Below, piece by piece: positions 50,991 through 63,069 of a stretch of DNA of 64,000 bases. Made by a program: the position numbers and the translations under genes. Location: contig NIVC01003754.1 in assembly GCA_002269645.1 (NCBI GenBank), positions 1 to 64,000 of the forward strand, given 5' to 3'. How positions within the stretch are numbered: the stretch's first letter is position 1; every line of letters begins with the position of its first letter. Origin of the DNA: Macrostomum lignano. Lineage: Eukaryota. The notes under the pieces are model-generated. The model saw only the letters and a program-made list of their open reading frames with translations, had not been told where the DNA came from and made no database searches.

Positions 50991-51749
50991 CCTGGCTCTA
51001 AGTGAGTTTTTGTCGTAGCGAGCCAGTTTTTTGGAAGCAAGTTTGTCCCAAAGTATTTATCGGTATCTGCCTAATTTCTGAAGTTTATTTTTGCCCTTCT
51101 TTCACCCGTTCTTGGGGTTTTCTTTTAGCTTTTCTTTTTACTAACTGAATCAAATCAGTAGCAGAATGTAATGGTTACTAGGACCGGATTCGCGTGAGTG
51201 ACTAACCAGTGAAGTGTGAGAAAAAGGGTACAAGACAATAACAAATAATAAACCCAGACCTGGGGCAGATGGCCCCGCCAGCTAATCCACAAAACCACCC
51301 ACTTGGCCAGCCAATCAAAACCCCACCTGGGGTGGTTGTAGCACCTGCGCGAAAGCCGGTCAGAACCAGCAGGGCACAGAAACTTTTTAATATGTAATGT
51401 TGTCTCTATTTTGCTCAAAAGCAGTCTGACAATTGATACCCTTATGATAATGATGCTGATAATTAAAGTCAAGTAAATAATAAAAGTTTTAGGTGTATTT
51501 TTATGAATACATATTCTACATTATTTAATGAATCTTGTGATATCACATGCTGATAATATATATTGTTAAATGATCTGTTCCAGAACCGCTGGATGCTACA
51601 GTGAACAGTTCCTGCATTTTCATTTAAAATATACTATTTAAGAAGAGCATTGCAGAGACTGAATTATATTAATCAATACTGTTAAAAGCAACACGAATAC
51701 TCAATAGAAACACTTAATTCTCAGAAGCAAGACCAGAAGAGCCTCTGCA

Positions 51750-54700
51750 ATGCTACCGGCGCTTGATCCTTTGCATATCCTTGCTCTGCACTGCAACCAG
51801 TGTCCTTTTCTAACCCTTAGCGTGGCCCGGCTATTTGAACACTGCATGAGCCACAAGGATTCCAGCGACTGCACACTGCTGCAATGCCAACAGTGCGGCA
51901 TTGTTGCCACCCACCGGGGCATACTGGAAGAGCACACCCAGGCCTGGCATCCATCTGCACCACTCTCTGTCAGGCAGATTTCCACTACTACTGTACAGGT
52001 ATGCGGTAGCTTAATGAATAAATCCAAGTTAAACATTTTTAATGAAAAGCTTCGTTCTCATCGATTAGTATTGGTTTATAAAAACCTTTTAGTAGACTTA
52101 CTAAAGCAAAGGAAAATTGCTCTCGCAGCGCCACAATAGATTCGCGTGCACCTTAAACTCTTGGGCACATAATAGCATCTCATTTTGAAAAGATCATAAT
52201 TACAGAGCTTTAAACTTAAAAAAACGAAGTCCTGAACTTTCATAGTGCTGCAGATAAACAAAGTACCCTATTGCATTGGACTATAACGTGGGTGCCAGCT
52301 TAGAGATATTTTTTATTTTAAATAATCTTTCAATGTCTCCACTGTAACGATACCGCTTTTGATAAACAGGCCGCCGGCTCCACCAACGGCCGGTTGCAGT
52401 TTCCGCGCTACGGCTGCCAGTTTTGCAGCTTTCGTAATGACGACCATGTCAAGGTGAGCCGGCACTACCTGTCCGTGCACAACATCACCAACGTGGATTT
52501 GCACGCCAAGGCGGCCGCTGTTGATGGCTTTGGTGAAGACTTCGCCCAGCAACAGCAGAACCATAGCCTGTGTAATCAGCAGTCACCACGGCTGCAGCAG
52601 CGCAAGCAGCAGCAACAGGAGTCTTCGCCACTGCCAGCAGCCTCCGTGCAGCTCGTACAGCTCTCCACCTCTGCACCTTGTATGTCATCAGCTCCGACAT
52701 CGGCAGCTGCCGCTTCTACCTCACCTCTGTCGGCAATTCTCCCAACAGTAACCTTGATTCGGCAGCCGCAGCAGCAGCAACAGCAGCAGTTTTTGTTACA
52801 ATCTGGCTCCATGTCGGGGGCGGGGTCTTCAACAACTGCTACTGCTCGCTCGGCGTCCGATGATAGCGGATACGAGGCGGAGCCCCAGCTGCCGCTGCTG
52901 CCTGGCATTGGCAAAGTGGAGACTCTGGACGATTCTGAGCCAACAGCATCTGGTGAAGAGGACTTGGTGAGTTAATGAGCATGTGTTCATTGACTCATTG
53001 GTCAATGATTATCAATGATGATTGGTGAGTTTTGTTATGAGCATGTGTTCATTGACTCATTGGTCAATGATTATCAATGATGATTGGTGAGTTTTGTTAT
53101 GAGCATGTGTTCATTGACTCATTGGTCAATGAGTATCAATGATGATTGGTGAGTTTTGTTCTGAGCATGTGTTCATTGACTCATTGGTCAATGAGTATCA
53201 ATGATGATTGGTGAGTTGTGTTATGAGCATGTGTTCATTTACTCATTAGTCAATGATTTATCAATGATCATTGGTGAGTCAATGAACTGACTGTATGGTG
53301 AGTGTAAAAGAATGTATCGTGAGCATTTGGATTTGCAGTTATCCTTTATTGCGTTTCTCGTAACCCGAATCGCTTTTCATCCAAGCTACAGTTCAGTCTG
53401 TATACCTTCAAGTAGAGAAACAGACCCTGTTGGGTATTGGCAAGGTGGCTGTAGCCCCGAAGTGCGTTTTCCCTAGCTTTTGTCCCAACCCAACTTACCC
53501 ATTCTCACATCCCGTACTCACCGCATTTTTGTCCCTTTCCACTCCCTTCGCTCTCGCCTTTGCTCACCTTCCTCCAACCCCCTGAGTTCCCGGCCCCCTT
53601 AGCGCCACCACGGTCGGGGTGGCCTGTAAACTGTTCGCAAGCCTAGCCGGGTGGCTTTTCTCCTATTCCACCCCGGAATCAACTGCCTCTCAGCTCCTGG
53701 TCCCCTTCGTCCCCTTCGTGTTGCCCAGCCTCGACGACCTCCCATTTTTCTGTCCAACCTCGGGACTGGATATATTTGACGCTCTCCCTCTATTGCGGCT
53801 GAGGTAAGGGGGACAGGAGAACGTAGGATAGTGAGGGTCCCCGTAGCTCTGTTAGCTCCCCTTCCGCCTCGTCCCCGCTGCATTCCCTTTTCTCCTCTTT
53901 CTCCCCTGTGCGGCCCTTTTTTAATGCTTTGCCCCAGGACGCTAGGCAAACAACAAGTAGTTGGGTTTGGGACCCTACACTAAATGAAATATTTGTGCCA
54001 TTCCTGACCGAGAGAACTGTATTGGGACTCCTGTTACATTGGTATGGCTAGATATATATTTTGTTGGTTGGGTGGCTTGAACATACTTGGAAACCGCGCC
54101 TTGCTGCTATAAGGGATTTTGTATGTCGGTAATCTGGGACTGGGATGCTTAAGGCAAATGTTACACTGCTTGTCCTTATTTTTTACTGCTCATCCTGGGT
54201 GAAGTGCGGTGTGTATAGACTGTACTTCTACATACTGATACACTGATACATAATATTAATGTATTGTAATTGTAATGTATTGTAACTGGTCGATACAATC
54301 ATCAGATGCTTGATTTAATATTGAAATGAGTTTGCAATTTACCACTGCCATTTAACAATCGCTAGGCTATATACAATAAATACCAAGTGAGCTCATATCG
54401 AACTATTAGACGAGCTCTTGTACAGGGCGCAGGTTTTTGGCCAAGGCTAAGTAAAGGAAGCGGGCGGCGCTGCTTGGGAGGTGGCTCTGCCCCTCTCCCC
54501 CGGTGTGCCGCGCCATGGCCTGCTGGCGCCCCTTGCCTCTTTTCTTCTCCCTCTCAGGATCTTTTCTGTGCTCTCTTCCCCTTCTCTCCCATTGCCCTAG
54601 TGGCCTGAAAGCCCCCTAGCCTGCCCAGCCCTCAGCCGCTTCCCTTTAACGGCCCCGGCCCCGCACTACAGTGTACGTGGGCACTATGCCTGGCCCAGCC

Positions 54701-57700
54701 AGGGCACAGGCACGAGTGGCTTTGACTGGGGGGAGGGTGGCGACTAAAGCCCACATTGTATTAGTCAGCCCGCATTCTGCCTTGGCCCCACATGTTTATT
54801 CCTGTTTCTGCACTCCTTCGCCTATGGTTTGGCTAGTACAGGGCAAGCTGCCCCATATGATACGACAGGATTCTAGTTAATGCATCTGGGATTAGTTTAA
54901 CTTTAATTTTACTATCTTTCACACATGTACAGGAGTACAGTACTTTTACTTCAAAGCTCTTTATTCTTAAGAAGCGTAGATGCTTGGTCTGTTACAGGCA
55001 CTGCAGAACAATTTTTGCAGAGTTTCAGATTACAGACACCAACGCATTATTTTAGTGCAATTTTGGCGCCACAGGCATAATTTTAGCGCCAGTTTAGCGC
55101 CGCAGACGAGATTTTTCAGGGGTATATAAAAAATTCATTAGGGCCCCTATTTTCACTGACCTCTTTCTGACCTTTTTCTGATTTGTATCGCTCTGCTTGT
55201 CCCAATCCATCTAGAAGCTATTATAATGCCTTTGCACCAAACAGAGCTCCAACAGCAGTTAACCGCAGTAATATTATCTGAGCAGTGCATATTCACTGAC
55301 ATGAGCTACATACATCTAAGAAAGCTTATTTTAAGTACTTCAACAGCAACACAAACGAATTAACATGAAAGTTGTTGCTGGGCACCACTGACAAGTCCCT
55401 TAAAATTCCTACTCCATATGACTTCAGTTAAGCCAAAATGATACCTGCCAATTCGCATTGTCATTAAGGTACTATACTATACTATTAGGTACTATACTAT
55501 TCTCAAGGTAGAGCATCAGTGAGTAACCAGCTTGCGTAGTACATAGCAAAGCCATCAACTTACAGTGTGAAAGACCCTTCTTTACTATTCCCCTTGCCCC
55601 TTCTCCCTTATTTCTTTTCCTTTCCCGCCTCCACTATAGGGCTAAGCAGAACAGACCGAGATCTGGGGGCATGGGGAGGTCGGATAGAATCGAGACTTGG
55701 AGACCGACCAAGGCGAGGGTTCCCTCAAGCCTCCCGTTTTCTTCCATTCCGGGGCGGTTTGACCGCCTGCCCCGGCCCGACCGCTTCTATACAGCGCGCT
55801 TTTGGGCCCGCACCGCCACGCGAGCTCTGCAGCGGCTAGTAGAGCGAGGGCGGGAGAGAAAGGGGCTCCCCCAACCCACCCTACCCTGCTGCCTCGTCCC
55901 CCTGCTCCTACTGTACCCCTTTCTGTCCTCTATTTTCCTTTCCTAGTGCCGTGGCCCAACGGATTCCGTCCCCACCTATGCTGGCATCATTCGGGCCTGG
56001 GCTTTAGCCGAGGTCTCTTTCTTCTGCCTCACTGCAGCCCCCTCGTCTCTTAGTAAAGCCTTTGTTGATTGTGTGTACATGCCTCTCTCCCTGGCTTTAG
56101 CTGAGAGGGTGCTATCGGTAGGGTGCTGGTTTGAAACCCCACCCTGACATCGCCTGTTTTGCAGCTCACTGCCTTCTGTATCTCAGTAACAGCTGCAAGC
56201 CACCCTGCCCATGAAGTAAAGCAGTTTAGCTGGTTTCGCTTCCTATTCTCAATCGTCTATTTTCTGCCTTACCAGCGTACTATTCGTTATCCCAAAGCAT
56301 TTAGTCTTCTCAAATTAAACAGTCATCTGAACTGTCTGACTACTGGGCCCATGAGGATTTCAAGTGGCTTTTCTATTAATCAAAATTATGTTGGCTGGCT
56401 GTATTGTTTTAACATTGCGCGTTATTATCTTGACTAATAAATTGGATTATCCGACAATACTCGTGTTATGCTTTGTACAAGAGTAGTCTATGTAGGTAAT
56501 TTGACTGGATAATATCAATCAAGTTGAAAACCACATGCAGGGGTAAAAATACTATGAAACTATTGGGATTACTACGAGTAGATAGAGTTAGTCTGCCAAC
56601 TTAGGCGAATCTGGGAGGGGCAAGGCTTCTTATATTTCGATATTGGCTCCAGAAATGTACAGTATAGCGCCTGCATATTGAAAGAGAAAAACAAATTTAT
56701 CGGTAAAGTTAAACGGGTACAATGTAAAATTTCATTTAAAATCGTGTTTTACTGATTTTGCTCCGGCTATTCTGGTTCTGGAATCGCTCCATGATGTTCT
56801 TAGTTGTATCTTCATGCCCATCAGTACTGTCTAGCACGTCAGCACCATTTTGTGGCTTGAAAATTGAACTAGATGTAACTCGTATAAGCATGGAAACGTA
56901 GGATGCAACAGTCATAACAGTAAAACTACCGGGGCGTTTCCGGAACGTAGAAACGCAGGCACACGAAATTCAACGAAGTCAGAGCTGATGCAGTCAGATT
57001 TGGTCGACATGCTGGTGAAATTTGGAGGCTTGGCAAGGCCGCATTGAGGCGCAGTGCTGTTTGGTGCACAGGGGTTTGTTTAATACACTAGCGCTTTGAA
57101 TTTTTGAATACAATACTCTAAATCCAAGCTTCTGGCAAAGTTGTTGAATGTCTCGACGGTCGGGAGGGCTGGCCTCTTGATTCTTGTTTGCAAAAGTGCA
57201 CAACTAAAAGATAGTCTGTGTTCTTAAATTTTGTGTGCTTGCGTTGCTCCGTTCCAGCGTAGGCGTTGCACAAATTTACCCTCTACAGTAGTTCAACGTG
57301 CGGAAAAATAGCTTGGTATTCCTACTGTTAATGCTAAAAACTGAGCTTTGACAGTAGGACAGCAGTAGACTCAGATTTTAAATGGTGTTAAGCAATGAGT
57401 AACAAACTTGCTTCAGTGAAATTAGCTTCCATTGTACTTTCAAAATGACTAGCAATCTTTGCTCCGTTAGGGAGGCAACTAATGAAGTGAAAACCTTTCC
57501 AAAGCCACTGGTTATAATAAAGTCTTATGTACATGTTTTACCACAGTCCACAGAAGTTTTTAAGGCAGGATCTTTATGCGAAAAAAAACATTCCCCTAAT
57601 ATCACGCTCTCCCGCCAAGTTCAAGATCAAATGCGCTCGTTTAAACAGCGTTACTTGAGCTCCGTAATAATGAGTCCGTAGTTGCCGTCTGTGTTATCTA

Positions 57701-58777
57701 AATGTTCTCCGCACTTGTAACTTCATCTACCCAAGCAGGAGGACAGCGAGATGATAACAGACAACTCGCTGATTATGGACTCGGTGGCCTCCATGCGCGC
57801 GGGTAGCAGCATTCTGACCATGTCGCTGGAGCCCGACTATGATGATAGAGTCAATGGCGGTCTCAGTCTGAAAGTTTTCCCTGCAGGCGCTGCTGCCACT
57901 GTCGATGCCCCGCCTGCCACCACGGCCGCCTCCTCTAGCGCCGCTGCCTCCGTGCCTGCTAACTCTGAACCTGTTAGCAGATCTACGCCTAAGTCCAGCA
58001 GTCTGACCTTTCACCAGGCCACCACGGCGTCCATGGCCTGCAAGCCCAACAGGGATAAGGCGCAATTGAAAATGGTAGGCCTTAATTTCAGACTGTGTAT
58101 AGACCGGTGGATAGCTATAGCTAGTCTGATTGAATAGCTGTATGGGCTTTCAATACTAATTAGTAATTCATGGGTGCACACACCAACCCGCATAGTTTGG
58201 GCCTGTCCATACAGCTCAGTACTGTTAACATGAGATTTCATATACAACTGTATATGGCTCTTAGTCTAGCTCAATGCCAGGAAATGATTGAGCTGAAACT
58301 CCAACTACCACCCAGATCCCAGTGGAGAGCTTCGGCAAGCGCTACGAGGTTCTGACTCGAAACCTGCGCCAGATGGGCGGCCGGCTGCTCATCGGACAGC
58401 GGCTGGACCGGGGCACCCTGGACTTTTCCTGCCAGTGCCGCTATTGCCGCCGGGTAGTGAAGCTGAGCAAACCGAAAGCCTACAAATTTAAGATTCACCT
58501 GCGCACCTGCAAGGAGCGCCGCAAGACTCCGTCAGATGGCGTTGAAACAGTCGCAGCAGGCAGCGCAGCAGCTAAGGATGCCGAAGAACTTGAAGCTACA
58601 GCTCCTGCTGCACAAAACCGACTGTCCGTGAGGCAGCAGCAAGAGGAATTCGAAGATGATGAAGAGGAAGCGGAGCATTCAAGTCTGGCTGCCTCGGAAA
58701 CTCGGCCAGACGGTGGCGCCGACTCTCCATCGCCTCTGATCGACCTGCCGCTGGCATCTCAGGAAATTCCGGCCTGA
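51750..58777 (+). CDS. Zinc-finger protein: three C2H2 fingers, a Q/S/A-rich region and a C-terminal BED-like finger; about 547 aa from ATG 51750 (5' end uncertain)
   Basis: Exons 51750-51998 (acceptor at 51724), 52370-52966, 57739-58074 and 58316-58777 join through phase-0 GT-AG introns with no stops. Fingers CNQC..HCMSH, CQQC..HTQAWH, CQFC..HYLSVH and CRYC..FKIHLRTC. Confidence 0.78.
52976..53281. repeat. 62-bp tandem repeat, about 5 units, at the start of an intron
   Basis: Units start at 52976, 53038, 53100, 53162 and 53224; each ends in ttggtgagtt. Confidence 0.95.
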
Positions 58778-60467
58778 CAGAGTCTAGATCTCAATCAGGT
58801 GTCCAACTCACTTTTCCTAGGCTGTTTGCGTTTTGTCTGGCATTAAATTGGAACATCCTGGATCAAATTGGGTGTTCTAAACTTTGCTAGCTATTCCTTA
58901 TTATTAAAAACACAGCTTTAGAGTACAAAATGATTAATTACAATAGTGCGTACCCAGCCTGGAAGGAACACCACGAGAAAACAGAGAAGCTCCTGCGAAA
59001 CCAGGTATAAAAACCCTCAGCAGGCGGAGGGGGAGGGCCGCTGCACACAGGAGGGTAGAAACAAACACAACGCACAACCCCCACGCCAACCCGCGCATGC
59101 ACAAAGGCGGAAAACCAGCCCCCGGGGGTACTAAAGCTGGTCTGGTCATCGGCACTCCTCAGAGCAAACCAAGGCATGGTGCAGAATTAATATACTCTAA
59201 ACAGAAGTTTGGTGTGGTCTGGTCCTGGAATAGAATTCAGTGTGTCCTGTCTTCAGCAGTCAAAATAAATGAGCTCTCAGTACCGGCATTAGCTTGCAAC
59301 CAACCCGCCAGATGTAATCATTAGGAACAGGACCTTAGTCGACGAGATAGCTAGGATAGACACGCTGGGGCTGTAGTAGAATTTGACTCATTGTCGTGCT
59401 TCATTACACATTACTCATTAGTAATGAGTCATTACGCATGGCTATGCACTCTCGCGGTGGGCAAGAATGCCATACAGATATACTGCTTCTAAGAAAAGTC
59501 TGCCTGTGTTATTATTGTGTTGATATTTACATGTAGCTTTACAGATCAAATACAGTTTTTATGTTCTGCCATGCATATTTTGATCTCTAACAGATTGGCG
59601 CAACTGAGAAAATAGCTTTATTGCATGTAAGCCACTAATTAATTATCTGCTTCTGCTGTGGCTCTCCTGATCGCGACTGTTATGCTATTTTTCACAGCCT
59701 AATAGAATTTTTATACTCCCTAAACTACCATTATCGCAGTGCAATCGCGGTCTTGTAAATTAGATACCTGCCTCTTTTTCCTTTCTGTTTTTGTTTCCAT
59801 CTAGAAAACCTATTGGCAGCGTTTTAGTTAACTGTTGACAGAAAAAATTAGTAAATTTTCCAATGTGTTCACTATAGGAACTCCAATCTCTTTTATTCCG
59901 CTTCTGAGTGCGTCTCTTACTCATAAAGCTTACTATTTTAACTGATGCTAATATATTATTGTACACTGTTGTTCAAATGGCTGTACACTTAGCTTGCTTG
60001 TCTTGCTACCCTGTGGAGCATTACTCTTGGTATGTTTTAATAAACGTCATATTTACTCATAATTCATTTCTCACCCTGGTTGCGGACAAGTCTTCTGATT
60101 CTATGCAGCACCTATCCGAACTGTTTTTATCTGCAAATAACTTGTACACTGATTGAGTTCCTATTAGACACTGTCAGTTGTCGCTATCTTCCTTCTCTGT
60201 CTAGTCATTAAACCTGCATGTCTGCATTCACCATTGTTTCTGGCTGGTAAGCCAGCAACTTATAAATGCCTGTTAATGCCTGCTTGGCTATGATGACCGT
60301 GTCTGCATTTTCACTATTTGCAGCGTATTCGCTTTAACCGAACTTGCAGTATCATTAACACGTCTCGTATTCTGCCTAAATGTTCGGCGCGCTTGGGTTG
60401 GCGTTTTGTTCCGTATGCGTTACATGACATTTTTTCTATGTAATTTGCTTCATTTTTCTGCATCCGC

Positions 60468-61167
60468 ATATGATTGAGCAGTTTGAGTTCTGGTGCGGGA
60501 TGAACCGCTAAGCTGTTGATTTGGCTGAATATGATTGAGCAGTTTGAGTTCTGGTGCGGGATGAGCCGCTAAGCTGTTGATTTTGCTGAATATGATTGAG
60601 CAGTTTGAGTTTTGGTGCGGGATGAGCCGCTAAGCTGTTGATTTTGCTGAATATGATTGAGCAGTTTGAGTTCTGGTGCGGGATGAACCGCTAAGCTGTT
60701 GATTTGGCTGAATATGATTGAGCAGTTTGAGTTCTGGTGCGGGATGAGCCGCTAAGCTGTTGATTTTGCTGAATATGATTGAGCAGTTTGAGTTTTGGTG
60801 CGGGATGAGCCGCTAAGCTGTTGATTTTGCTGAATATGATTGAGCAGTTTGAGTTCTGGTGTGGGATGAGCCGCTAAGCTGTTGATTTGGCTGAATATGA
60901 TTGAGCAGTTTGAGTTTTGGTGCGGGATGAGCCGCTAAGCTGTTGATTTGGCTGAATATGATTGAGCAGTTTGAGTTTTGGTGCGGGATGAGCCGCTAAG
61001 CTGTTGATTTGGCTGAATATGATTGAGCAGTTTGAGTTCTGGTGCGGGATGAGCCGCTAAGCTGTTGATTTTGCTGAATATGATTGAGTAGTTTGAGTTC
61101 TGGTGTGGGATGAGCCGCTAAGCTGTTGATTTGGCTGAATATGATTGAGCAGTCTGAGTTCTGGTGG
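60468..61167. repeat. 61-bp tandem satellite, 11.5 units
   Basis: Unit atatgattgagcagtttgagtt(c/t)tggtg(c/t)gggatga(g/a)ccgctaagctgttgattt(t/g)gctga, starting every 61 bp from 60468 to 61139. No spacers. Confidence 0.97.
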
Positions 61168-62249
61168 GTTATTTTGCAACAGACTGACGTTTTGTTGTAA
61201 ATATTCGTTGCATAGCTAAACAATGCTTGTGTTCACTTTAGCCGATTTCTCTTGCACTTCAATGCGTGCTGCCCAAATTTACTGACCCAATCCATTGTTG
61301 ATATCTACTTAGGTTCTTTTTTCTCTAAAGCTATCGCATAAGCGCAATAATTATATGTAACTGTGTCCACTTTTGCCAACATTTGGCTCTGTCTAGCAGC
61401 TCTAGACCAATAATGATATTCTAACTTGTATACACAATACGTGTACGCGTATATCTCTTGTTGCAGTCTTTTCTGATATTGAGATGATTGGGTCCCACAG
61501 GGGAGACTGCTGCCTGAATCTGTGCCCCATTCAGTACCCAAGTGGCCCGACTCATGGACTCTTGTACTTCGACGGTATTTCCGGAGCGAATTCTTCCGTG
61601 GGTACCGATTAACTAATGAGATTGATTAACTAGTACTTTAAAGCGGTATCTTGGGTTTTTTTATTTCACTGAAGCTAATTTACTTCCAGTAATACTGCAT
61701 TGGCATATTGTACGACGTAATATCGTCCATAAGATAAGTGCAACTCTGAATCGTCGGATGCCAACATGCCAACAAGTCGACAAATTCGTCCGAATGCTCA
61801 TTTACATGAAAAGTGCTATAAATGTACATGCAGACCCAAGTGAGCAAGGCCAAAGGAGCACATACATTTATGAATAAACTTATCGGGTGGCGGCACATAG
61901 AGAAAGCACGGCACAGCCCCGGAGGTGACTGAAAGCTGACATCTGTTCAAGGATTTTTAAGGTGATTAATAAGTTTAAAAGGACTTCGCGTTTAGAAAGC
62001 TTTGCTCGTTTGAGTTTCTAGCTTAATTTAATGTTTACGTGCACTAGCTAGCTCCTAATATTTTATTTAAACCGCACTGCACTGCCCTGCTTTGTTGCAG
62101 CGCTATGCTCGTAGCAAGGACAACAAGGCAATTATTATTATGTTTAAAATAATGACAAGACCAATTTAACATGAAAAATCGATTAATGCGTCGTTAGAGC
62201 AGCATGTAAAGCACAAAATAGTGTGATTAGAACTTTCTCTGACACTGTT

Positions 62250-62601
62250 AAGAGACCCATGCAATCACTGTTTTAGTGTTGAAAATCGTGAAATTTCCTA
62301 TATCCGTAGTGTATTTTCTCATGAAACCTGCCTTTAAAACTATTTCTGAACGAAAAGCTTTATGAATAACTATTTCTGAACGAAAAGCTTTATGAATGGT
62401 CGATAGAGCAATAAGAATTAAGGCACAACATATCACAAGATGAACACTGGATCTGCCTCCTATCAAAAGCAAAAACAAATTTTGTGCTGAAAAATTAAAA
62501 CCTCCTATCTCTGTAGTGTATTTTTGGCGAAAAGTTACCTTCAAAACATTTACCATAGATTTCGAGTGTTGCGTCCTATATGTTACTTTGAGTAGTCCTT
62601 G
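62250..62601. mobile_element. Family C MITE, partial copy 3 (right arm)
   Basis: aaagctttat..gatagagcaata..aaggcacaacatatca..ctggatctgcctcctatcaaaag..tgtagtgtattttt..agtagtccttg matches the right arm of 30788-31485. Confidence 0.75.
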
Positions 62602-63069
62602 GCCCGTAGCTGCCTACCGTTGTACTGTGGTAGTGGGACTAGCTGATACTTTGTGTTTCTGTTTGGGGCGTCTATTTGAATGGCTCTTTGCATCTGCCGA
62701 AGTTTTTTGTACATGTATCTACCCGTCGAGTGCATGGCCCCACTCGTAGCCGAGTTTTTACGAATTCCAATAGATGGTCCTTTATACTGTGCCACGCAAG
62801 CTCCGCGTTTTACTGTGCCAACAGCGCGGTGGTCACGCTGTTGGTCCCGCGGAGGGCCGAGGCTAAAATTCCGCCACGGATGGACCATGCGATGGACCAT
62901 GTCCTGCAGGATCAATTTTTTCCTTTTGACTTCTAATATACATCATGTGGTAAGCAGGCTCTATTAATGTACATATTCTTTCTCATTTTCTCAGTTTTTT
63001 ATCTTAATTTGTATTTTAATACCACTGCACAGGCCATGCAGTCATTATATTTGCAGAGCCATTTTATTT

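Noticed and set aside
59615-59635. Spliced-leader RNA gene (tttattgcatg followed by taag)
   Set aside because: Too short a match, with no upstream leader sequence or Sm site recognisable.
60468-61167. CRISPR-like regular array
   Set aside because: The units are contiguous with no unique spacers, there are no cas genes, and the context is eukaryotic.
62640-62930. Possible hAT C-terminal fragment (FLRIPIDGP) or an exon
   Set aside because: A single short motif, with competing ORFs in several frames and no TIR or consistent splice partner.
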